The translations under genes were made by a program, and so were the position numbers. From NCBI GenBank assembly GCA_000214015.2, contig CAID01000010.2, forward strand, positions 433,626 to 463,867: DNA of 30,242 bases. Direction: 5' to 3'. This stretch comes from Ostreococcus tauri. Taxonomy: Eukaryota. The notes beneath the pieces are model-generated. The model had not been told where the DNA came from and did no database searches. It saw only the letters and a list, made by a program, of their open reading frames with translations. Of the stretch, positions 17,201 through 24,928 are shown one piece after another. Within the stretch, counting starts at the first letter, position 1, and each line of letters begins with the position of its first letter.

Positions 17201-17496
17201 GTACTGTCTCCCGGTGTGCGCCCCGATCGCCGCCACGAACGGTCTGAAATACCGCATGAAGGTCACCCCGGGCGCGCAAAAGAAGGGCAAGGCGGCGAAA
17301 CTCGCGATGGACATCCTTCTCCGCGCCCCGTTCGCCACCAAGGATGAACTCGCCGCCGCGCGTCTGGTAAACGACGCCGACACCGCCGTGTCTGCCTCCC
17401 TCCGGCTGCAAGATCTCCATGCCACCCGGTGCGGCGAAGATTCTATCTCAAAATCGTGCCGTCGGCAAGGCCAAGGGCAAGAAGTCCAAGCGATGA
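14256..17496 (+). CDS. NEMF: NEMF / Rqc2 / Tae2 (NFACT family) ribosome quality-control factor; needs a frame change near 17390-17420
   Basis: Inside the 2140-aa track ORF. MPKRKYTAFDVAASTAAIRRL...QLGRDRAMDLTFGAGDGACHVIVELFGRGNVIVTD is the NFACT-N domain. It is followed by a coiled coil, NFACT-R (LWFEKFHWFITSENCLVIQAKDATQAEMI, VHADVPQAPVTVVK), acidic/basic low complexity, and NFACT-C (LKYRMKVTPGAQKKGKAAKLAMD...RLVNDADTAV). The conserved tail (...MPPGAAKILSQNRAVGKAKGKKSKR*) is in the +1 frame, stop at 17494-17496. ATG 14256 matches the family's MK.RF start; an in-frame upstream ATG exists at 14187. Confidence 0.85.
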
Positions 17497-17509
17497 CGCC
17501 GACGCGTCG

Positions 17510-17514
17510 TGTAA
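17510..17514 (+). terminator. TGTAA putative poly(A) signal (NEMF)
   Basis: TGTAA 13 nt after the +1-frame stop at 17494-17496. This supports that stop as the real NEMF end. Confidence 0.4.
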
Positions 17515-17573
17515 CGATTCGCGACGATTCGCCTCGCGGCACTGCGCGCCTCCGATCCCACACGCGTCCCCCG

Positions 17574-18992
17574 ATGTCGCTCGCGTCGTCGTCCGCGCTC
17601 CGCCCAACCACCTCGGCGCCGTCGCGCGCGTCGACGCGCGAACGCGTCGTCGATCGCGCGCGCTCGACGTCGATTCGTCGTCGTCTCGCCGTCTTATCCA
17701 CGACGAATGAAATCTCAACGCGCGCGCGACGGACGTCCGCGCCGCGCGCGCGCGCGCGCGCGTCGGCACTCGCGGACCCGCACGGGTTGAGCCCCGATCG
17801 CGCCGCGGTCGTCGGGGCGGATCCGGAGGCGTACTCGTGGACGAAACAGTGGTACCCGGTGGCGGTGTGCGACGTGCTGGACGAAACGAAACCGCACGCG
17901 ACGCAATTACTCGGGGTGGACTTGGTGGTGTGGAAGAATGGTACGGGAACGTGGAGTGTGTTCGAAGATAAGTGTCCGCACAGGATGGCGCCGCTGACGG
18001 AGGGGCGAGTGGAGAGCGATGGGACGTTGTTGTGCGCGTATCACGCGTGGCGGTTCGACGGCGACGGGAACTGCACGGCGATGCCGCAGGCGTCGAGCGC
18101 GGAGGAAGAGGCGAGAGTGAAAGCGAACGAGAAGTCGTGCGCGTTCAAGCGGCCGAGTATGGTGGCGCAAGGGTTGGTTTGGGCGTGGGGTGAGAGCGGG
18201 CCGGAGGCGGAGATGGAGAGCGCGATGACGCCGCCGCTGCTCGTGCCAGAGATTGACGGCATCGGTAAGAGCGGGCGCGCGGCGTGCGGTGGATTCAGAA
18301 ACCACTGGCAGGTGCGGGATTTGCCGTACGGGTGGAACGCATTCTTCGAGAACGCGATCGATCCCGCGCACGCGGTCGTGAGCCATCACACGCTCGTCGG
18401 GTCGCGATACGACGATCCTGCGGGTTTCCAGTGCGTCGTCGAGCGTCCTGTCACCTCGGCCGGTGGGTTCCGTTGCGCCATCGATCCCGCGGTACCGCCG
18501 TTCAACACGATCGGGAAGTACGACGCCGAGACGTCGTACGATTTCCAACCGCCCGCTTTACTCAAGATTGACTGGCGACACGAGGGCGGCCGATTCCTCA
18601 CCTCGCACTACTGCACGCCGACGCGACCGGGCTGGTGCCGGCACTTTGTCGTGACGATCGCGCAGAGACGTCACGAAAAAGGTGACGCGATTCGTCAGCA
18701 CCGCTGGTTCAAGTTGAACCTGTTCACGCTCACCTCCCCAGCCTGGCTCACGCACGTGTTGGGGCCGACGTTTTTACACCAAGACATGGTTTTGTTGCAC
18801 CAGCAAGAGAAGATAATCGCGCAAGGGGAGGGGCAAAAGTTGGCAGAAAAATGGAAGGAGCAGGTCTTCACGCCCACGACGGCGGATAAGATGACCATCT
18901 TCTTCTACAAGTGGTTTGAGCGTAACGGGCCGATTCCTTGGGTCGGCGACGCGTCGATGCCGCCCATCGAACGCGACTCGAGCAAGCTCTTT

Positions 18993-19042
<50 letters not shown>

Positions 19043-19568
19043 GCGGAACACCGAGATCGCGATGTACGGTACGGGCGCGGTGGCGGTCGGAAAATTGTTC
19101 TGGGTATTCGCGTCCGTCGTCTACGCGAGCGCGGCGCTCGGGGCGGCGACGAACGGCGGCGCGGGATTGAACGCGCTCGAGTTGGTAAAATCCCTCGACG
19201 GGAGCGTGTACTCTGATTTGTTTTCATCATTTAGTCTCGGCGCGACCGCATTCTTCTTGTGGGGATTCGCGCAAATGTTCCGAACGTACCCGTTTTCGCA
19301 CTCCGAGGACGACATCGTCATGGAGGGAACGGCGAAGATTGGTCTGTCGAACGACGGTCCGAGCGCGTACATCGACTTTGTGGATCGAACGCTCTTCGAC
19401 AGGAGCAAAGATTCGAGCCAAGGGCACAACCGCGGGTGCGAGTGCTCGACGTGCTCGCCGCACTTTAAGGATTTGATTAAATCCACGATGCTCGCCAGGG
19501 CGAAAAACGGCGAGGCGGAGACGGAGACGGAGACCAAGACGGAGGAAGTTCCGGTTATTTCGCGGTAA
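17574..19568 (+). CDS. PAO-family Rieske [2Fe-2S] / mononuclear-iron oxygenase (pheophorbide a oxygenase / PTC52 / TIC55-like), plastid presequence
   Basis: Same frame as NEMF in the 2140-aa track ORF. ATG 17574 (MSLASSSALRPTTSAPSRAS...) is transit-peptide-like; an earlier in-frame ATG lies at 17493. WYPVAVCDVLDETKPHATQLLGVDLVVW, Rieske CPHRMAPLTEGRV...CAYHAWRFDGDGNC, iron site FENAIDPAHAVVSHH, PAO-type C-terminal CTHC, and two predicted TM helices. An unusual tail of about 90 aa follows (see findings). Confidence 0.85.
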
Positions 19569-19740
19569 TTTCGATCGATCGCACGCTCTCGAAACTTTAA
19601 TTCATTAAACAAACACGCGCGCTGTTTCTCGAAATGTGTTCGTGACGCGGCGACGTGGACGTGGCATCGGGTGTGGTATCGGTGGGGTGTCTTGAATGGT
19701 CTTGGCGTTCGGCGCGAGGCGTCGAACGAAATCACTTCGC

Positions 19741-20496
<756 letters not shown>

Positions 20497-20662
20497 TCAT
20501 TAAATACACATCAAATATCCTTGCGAAGGCTTTTAATTTTTAATCAAAGAGCTTGCATTGAATTCTCCACGTCGCGCGCGCGAGTGCGCGTCGAATACGT
20601 GTCCGACGTTGTCGTGCGTTCCACCCAGCGCGCGCCCGGGGCTTTCGAGCACGCGACGGGGA

Positions 20663-20742
20663 GCGTCGGACGCCGAGCGGCACACCCCGCCGTGATGCGT
20701 CCGCGTCGGACGCCGAGCGGCACACCCCGCCGTGATGCGTCC
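20663..20742. repeat. perfect 2 x 40-bp tandem duplication in an unassigned GC-rich spacer
   Basis: GCGTCGGACGCCGAGCGGCACACCCCGCCGTGATGCGTCC occurs at 20663-20702 and again at 20703-20742 with no mismatch. The junction forms the inverted repeat GCGTCCG-CGT-CGGACGC (20697-20713). Confidence 0.9.
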
Positions 20743-20860
20743 GGGGGCGACGCGATGCGAACGCGCGTCATCGACGTCGGCGACGAAGCGGATGCGGCGC
20801 CGCGGCGACGAAGTGTTGTGCAATAGATTTCTAGAAACGACGCGTCTAACGCGAAAAGTC

Positions 20861-22258
20861 CTATGGTTCATCTCCGCCGTCGTGATCGTCTCCGCGCTCT
20901 AACAGTACCCTGTTTAGAAATTCCACGATGGCACCGGACCACTTTTCGCGAATGTGCTTGACGATGTCGTAATCCTCCTTGTTCGAAGCGATGACCAACT
21001 CGGCGTGCGGGACCAAATCCTTGATCGTCATCGCGCTCGAGACTGGGTGCGTGACGTCGCCGCAGTCCCACGCCAAACATAAGACGGGCACGTTCGCCAG
21101 CGCCGCGCGCACGCGCTCGGGTTCGGGGAGGTTCGACTGCGCCGAGCCGATCAACACCTCCACCGCGCACGAGTCGTTCGGATTGGCCAACGGCGGCGGC
21201 GCCGGATCCACCGGTTGATCCCGCGCGGCCTGGAACACGCGTCGAGGCGCGGTGGAGTTTTCTATCGCACCGCCGTCGGCGACTTTCTTCCTGAGCTTTT
21301 TTTTCCTCGACTCGCGCTCTTCGTAACACGTCGGCGGCGTGACGACGACGAGCGCCTTTGGCACGTCGCTCTCGTTGCTCTCGTGCGCGAGCACGGCGGC
21401 CCAAATCGCCGTCGCGCTTCCCAGCGACGTTCCGGCGTACACGATATCGCCGCCGTCGTCCTGACGAATCCGTCGCGCGACCTCGATCATGTCGCTCGCC
21501 CTGGCGTCCCACCTCGCCTCTCGCGCTCGGCGCACGTCGCTCGATTTCCCGTACCCTCTCGCGTTGTATCGCGCCACGGCGATCGACCCGAGATCTTCCG
21601 TGGACCAAAAGTTCCACAACCCCTCCTTATCATCGTTCCACAGATGTCCTCGCATACCGTGTCCCCAAACCACGAGCGGTCTCGCCCGTCTCGCCGGCCG
21701 TCCGTCTCGTTCCCTCGCCGGTCGTCCTCTGACATCCGCCCCGACATTCGTCGTGCACATCTCCAGCTCCCCCCCGTCCTCGCACACCGCCACCACTTCG
21801 TGACAAAAATCAAATTTACCGTACCTCTCACTCCGCACTCGCGTCGCTCGCACCGGTCCGCGCACTTTCCCATCCCACACCTCGCTCGCCCGATGCGCCG
21901 TCGCCGCCGCGAGCGTCGCCGCGTCCTCCGCCTCGGATTCATTCGGGACGTCGTCCGCCTCCTCCCGCAATCGCAGCGCTCTGCGCGCGACGAGGACCGC
22001 TCGAAACACATCATCCGCCACCCGTCGGTCCCGTCGTCGCGGCGTCGGCGGCGTCGTCGTCGTCGGCGTCGTCGTCATCAATCGCGTCGACGCGTCGACG
22101 CGTCGCATCGCGCGCATCGTCGACGCGTTCGGCTCCCGTTCGCTCGCGTGCGCGTTCGCGTCGATCGTCACCGCGCGGGCGAAGAGTTCGAGCGCCTCCG
22201 CGTCGGGGCCGCGCGGTGGGGGCGGCGGCGACGGCGCCGCGGGCGCGCTCGCGCGCAT
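20861..22258 (-). CDS. alpha/beta-hydrolase fold protein (serine hydrolase, unknown specificity)
   Basis: ATG verified at 22258. Nucleophile elbow YAGTSLGSATAIW (G-x-S-x-G), preceded by PLVVWGHGMRG and followed by a late DCGDVTHP (candidate Asp/His). The N-terminal 190 aa are low-complexity. Confidence 0.6.
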   Translation of the reverse strand: MRASAPAAPSPPPPPRGPDAEALELFARAVTIDANAHASEREPNASTMRAMRRVDASTRLMTTTPTTTTPPTPRRRDRRVADDVFRAVLVARRALRLREEADDVPNESEAEDAATLAAATAHRASEVWDGKVRGPVRATRVRSERYGKFDFCHEVVAVCEDGGELEMCTTNVGADVRGRPARERDGRPARRARPLVVWGHGMRGHLWNDDKEGLWNFWSTEDLGSIAVARYNARGYGKSSDVRRAREARWDARASDMIEVARRIRQDDGGDIVYAGTSLGSATAIWAAVLAHESNESDVPKALVVVTPPTCYEERESRKKKLRKKVADGGAIENSTAPRRVFQAARDQPVDPAPPPLANPNDSCAVEVLIGSAQSNLPEPERVRAALANVPVLCLAWDCGDVTHPVSSAMTIKDLVPHAELVIASNKEDYDIVKHIREKWSGAIVEFLNRVLLERGDDHDGGDEP

Positions 22259-22448
22259 GTGTGACGCGTCATCGGTCGTTGGGTGCGGGCGTGGAGGCGG
22301 ACGCGCGAGACGGAGCGAGGCGACGGTCGAGGACGCGCGCGCGGGCGATCGAACGAATTTCGGCGATAGAAGCGGTGATGCGCGCGTGCTTACCGCGTCG
22401 ACGGCGAGCGACGTAAACGCCGACGTCGAGGTCGTTCGAGGCGATGGA

Positions 22449-23135
22449 CTACGCGAGAGCGACGCGTCTGGAGGCGAATCCGACGGCGACGCGAAACGCG
22501 CGGACGCTCGCGCGCGAACTCAGACGACGCGCGGCGGCGCTCGCGATGGACGCGGCGCCGCGACGCGTGGTGGTGGATGCGCCCGATGGTTTCGTCGAAC
22601 GACGACCGGCGGCGACGCCGTGGGCGCTGGCGGAGACGACGCCGCAGTCGCCGACGACGACGTCGGCGGCGGTTTCGCCGCCTCGACTGCCGACGGATTC
22701 GATCGCTCGAACGACGCTCATGCCATCGATGACTTGCCCGAACACGGTGTGCTTACCGTTTAAAAACGGCGTCGCCACGGTACAGATGAAAAACTGCGAG
22801 CCGTTGGTGTTCGGCCCCGCGTTCGCCATGGATAAAATACCCGGACCGAGGTGCTGGAGCGTGAAATTCTCATCCGGAAACGTGCGTCCGTAGATCGACC
22901 GACCGCCCGTGCCGTTATCCGCCGTGAAATCACCACCCTGGCACATGAACTGCGGGATCACTCGATGAAACCGCGATCCGAGGTATCCCTCGCCCTCGGG
23001 CTTTTCGCACAGCGCGCGAAAGTTTTCCGCCGTCTTCGGCGCGACGTCCGCGCGCAGCTCCATCGTCACCCGTCCCAGCTTCGTCGCCGACGATCCGCGA
23101 CCGAGCTGGATGTCAAAGTACACCTTGGGCGTGTC
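22449..23135 (-). CDS. cyclophilin-type peptidyl-prolyl cis-trans isomerase (main exon) with 61-aa Ala/Arg/Ser-rich C-terminal extension
   Basis: KVYFDIQLG...[23 protein letters not shown]...[28 protein letters not shown]...[21 protein letters not shown]...[13 protein letters not shown]...VVVGDCGVV is a cyclophilin A-like domain. The track start 23123 is GTG, and the frame has no ATG before an upstream TGA (23153-23151), so an upstream exon is required. Acceptor GACGCAG|GACACG at 23136/23135. Confidence 0.88.
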   Translation of the reverse strand, partial: DTPKVYFDIQLGRGSSATKLGRVTMELRADVAPKTAENFRALCEKPEGEGYLGSRFHRVIPQFMCQGGDFTADNGTGGRSIYGRTFPDENFTLQHLGPGILSMANAGPNTNGSQFFICTVATPFLNGKHTVFGQVIDGMSVVRAIESVGSRGGETAADVVVGDCGVVSASAHGVAAGRRSTKPSGASTTTRRGAASIASAAARRLSSRASVRAFRVAVGFASRRVALA

Positions 23136-23260
23136 CTGCGTCTCGTCGGTCGTTCAAGTCGCGTCGTCAGTCACGCGTCGTCGAGCGCCGTGACGTTGGA
23201 TCATTCGTGACGTGGCACGTAATCGCGATCGACATCGCGTCCGCGATCGACATCGCGCAC
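23136..23260 (-). other. putative 125-nt intron upstream of the cyclophilin domain
   Basis: Donor AGAGCG|GTGCGCGATG (23260), branch-like GTGACTGACGACG 30 nt before the acceptor, acceptor GACGCAG|GAC. Phase 0 on both sides. Other in-phase donors exist (GTGGCG, GTGCCA), so the 5' boundary is less certain than the 3' boundary. Confidence 0.45.
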
Positions 23261-23356
23261 CGCTCTGGGCGCCCCGAGCGGACACTCGTACGCCACGGGC
23301 GTCTGCGCCAGCGCGCGAACCTCCTCGGGGTTCATCGTGCTCGAAGACGCGCCCAT
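23261..23356 (-). CDS. putative cyclophilin exon 1 (MGASSSTMNPEEVRALAQTPVAYECPLGAPRA)
   Basis: ATG at 23356 (or 23335), G/C-ending codons, in phase with the proposed donor. N-terminal MGxxxS resembles an N-myristoylation context. It conflicts spatially with the plus-strand Cys-rich ORF that starts in the same CCATGG. Confidence 0.35.
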
Positions 23357-23621
23357 GGGCGTCGTCAAATGTCGTCAAATGTCCACGCGGGACGATTTGT
23401 GCGCGTTAAAACGCGCGCACGCCCTCGCCGCGCGCGTCGAACCGTGCGCGAACGCGCGCTGCGCGTGCGCGACGTGTGTGTGCGGGCCCGCGTGCGAGTG
23501 CGGGATCCCGGGCGTGGACGACGCGACGCGCGTGACGTGTGAACCGTGCGTGGCGTTCGTGAAGGAACGAATGAAAACGACGACGACGACGACGATGACG
23601 ACGACGACGACGACGACGTGA
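23355..23621 (+). CDS. Cys-rich metallothionein-like small ORF (88 codons) ending in poly-Thr, immediately upstream of the Ubl-LRR gene
   Basis: ATG 23355 (alternative 23379). ...EPCANARCACATCVCGPACECGIPG...CEPCVAF: 7 Cys within a 17-residue span in C-x-C / C-x-x-C spacing, then a CxxC. Strong G/C third-position bias through the Cys-rich part. Stop TGA at 23619-23621, 14 nt before ATG 23636. The track start 23337 is GTG. Confidence 0.4.
   Translation: MGVVKCRQMSTRDDLCALKRAHALAARVEPCANARCACATCVCGPACECGIPGVDDATRVTCEPCVAFVKERMKTTTTTTMTTTTTTT
23577..23618. repeat. (ACG)6-ATG-(ACG)7 trinucleotide repeat
   Basis: It reads as T6-M-T7 in the Cys-rich ORF frame and as poly-Asp in the frame of track ORF 23546. 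Confidence 0.9.
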
Positions 23622-23635
23622 GGCAGACGCGAGCC

Positions 23636-24817
23636 ATGGAGACGGACGCGCGCGTGGAGGTGCTGTTTCGAGGGAAAACCGCGCGCGTGGCCGTGGGCGA
23701 TGGGTTCGCGGCGGCGACGCGAGAGGCGTTCGCGAATGAACTCGGGACGACGCGCGCGGACCGCATGACGTTTCTCGCGTCGGGCGGCGTGAAAATAAGA
23801 GGCGACGCGAGCGATGAGGCGTTTAGGAGACTGATTGGGAAGCGGAAAGTGATGCTCGTGGTCGGTGATGCGGGGTCGGGGTCGAGGCGGGAGGCGGGCG
23901 GGAGGTCGAGGGGCGCGGAGGCGCTTCGCGAGGCGCGCGAGGCGCGCGAAACCGCGCGGAAACGACGCGAGATAGAGTCAAGGGGTGAACGACCGGTGAC
24001 GACGAGCGATCGATCGAAGGCGTGGGCGCAGACGGGGATCGTGGGCATGCGTGAGATCGGTGCGACGGCGATAGATGAGCGCGTGTTCGCGCTCGGATCG
24101 AAAGTTCGAGTGCTCGATTACGGCGGCAACGCGTTGACGTCCGTCGGCGCGGCCGAGAAAGTGGCGCTCTTGACCGAGGTCTCGCGAATTGTTCTTCGTG
24201 ATAATGCTTTGGGGTCGTCGGGATCGATGCCCTGGAACGCGCTCGCGCGCGCGTCTCAGAGTTTGACGTTTCTCGATTTGAGCGGGAACCCAAATCTCGG
24301 CGCGTCCATGACGGGGTTCGACTCGACGATCGTCTTCTCGTCGCTTCGCACGCTCAATCTCTCTCGGTGCGGATTGACGAATGCGTGTTTAGTGTCGTTT
24401 TCTTTCCCGACGCTTCGCAACGCGTGCGTCGCCGAGAACGCCCTCGCGGAGGCGCTTCCAGAATTCGCCGACTCGGAGCACCTCGAGGTGCTCGACGCGA
24501 GTCAAAACGCGATCACGTCGATTCCTCCGAGTTTCGGCGCGATGCACCGAAAGTTGCATTCGTTAAATCTCGCTCGAAACGCCGTTGAAGCCCACGGCGT
24601 TCCCGCGTCGTTCCTCGCGAACGCCGAAGCGCTCGTGGAGTTTTCGCTACACGACAACCCGTTGTCCACCGCGGCGTTTCGAGAGATTGAGGGCTACGAG
24701 TCGTTCGACGCTCGGAGAAAGACGCGCGCCTCCAAGGCACTGGATGCTAAAGTCATGCTCTCGAAGAGCGTTTTCGACGAGGGCATCGATGCCGATCGGT
24801 TCGAGCGCTTCACGTAA
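23636..24817 (+). CDS. ubiquitin-like domain + leucine-rich-repeat protein (At2g30105-like architecture)
   Basis: The track start 23546 is GTG. The first ATG is 23636 (METDARVEVLFRGKTARVAVGDG...KVMLV, a Ubl-like beta-grasp), then a basic linker. It is followed by about 8 LRRs (VLDYGGNALTSV, IVLRDNALGS, FLDLSGNPNL, TLNLSRCGLT, VLDASQNAITSIP, SLNLARNAV, FSLHDNPLS). Confidence 0.7.
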   Translation: METDARVEVLFRGKTARVAVGDGFAAATREAFANELGTTRADRMTFLASGGVKIRGDASDEAFRRLIGKRKVMLVVGDAGSGSRREAGGRSRGAEALREAREARETARKRREIESRGERPVTTSDRSKAWAQTGIVGMREIGATAIDERVFALGSKVRVLDYGGNALTSVGAAEKVALLTEVSRIVLRDNALGSSGSMPWNALARASQSLTFLDLSGNPNLGASMTGFDSTIVFSSLRTLNLSRCGLTNACLVSFSFPTLRNACVAENALAEALPEFADSEHLEVLDASQNAITSIPPSFGAMHRKLHSLNLARNAVEAHGVPASFLANAEALVEFSLHDNPLSTAAFREIEGYESFDARRKTRASKALDAKVMLSKSVFDEGIDADRFERFT

Positions 24818-24901
24818 ATAGCTCGACGGTCCATAACGTTGGACCAACGCTTCCGGTAGACGGGTAAACGTAAGAGTAAAGCAAACCGCACCGTAAGTGT
24901 A

Positions 24902-24906
24902 TTACA
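24902..24906 (-). terminator. TGTAA putative poly(A) signal (RecA)
   Basis: Plus-strand TTACA, 22 nt downstream of the minus-strand stop at 24929-24931. Confidence 0.4.
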
Positions 24907-24928
24907 AAATTGTCATGGTAGAATTCGT

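Noticed and set aside
17388-17412. 25-nt GT..AG interval (GTGTCTGCCTCCCTCCGGCTGCAAG) as the intron that fixes the NEMF frame
   Set aside because: The arithmetic works (3n+1). However, 25 nt is far below plausible spliceosomal intron size, and it lacks the ACTGAC branch seen in the other three candidates. It is kept only as a remote possibility in the finding.
17493-17496. ATGA stop/start overlaps (also GAATGATC at 23201-23204) as prokaryote-style translational coupling
   Set aside because: The context is eukaryotic, and better start codons exist downstream (17574). Four-base overlaps of this kind are expected by chance.
17743-17762. (CG)10 alternating run (Z-DNA-prone) and many shorter GCGCGC runs
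   Set aside because: Such runs are ubiquitous in this sequence and simply encode Ala/Arg stretches. This one lies in the oxygenase transit peptide (PRARARASA), so it has no special positional signal.
13146-19568. 2140-aa uninterrupted ORF, at first glance a giant multidomain protein
   Set aside because: It is a chimera. The first about 370 codons are the Arg/Pro/His-rich antisense shadow of PAT1. The rest is two unrelated complete proteins (NEMF, then a transit-peptide-bearing Rieske oxygenase). The conserved NEMF tail, its stop and a TGTAA lie in the +1 frame between them.
23151-23204. ATG 23204 ... in-frame TGA (23153-23151) ... cyclophilin domain read as a selenocysteine-containing N-terminus; alternatively a 39-nt GT..AG mini-intron removing the TGA
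   Set aside because: There is no redox motif around the TGA, and cyclophilins are not known selenoproteins. A 39-nt intron would place the ACTGAC branch 3 nt from the donor. The 125-nt intron from an upstream exon explains the data better.
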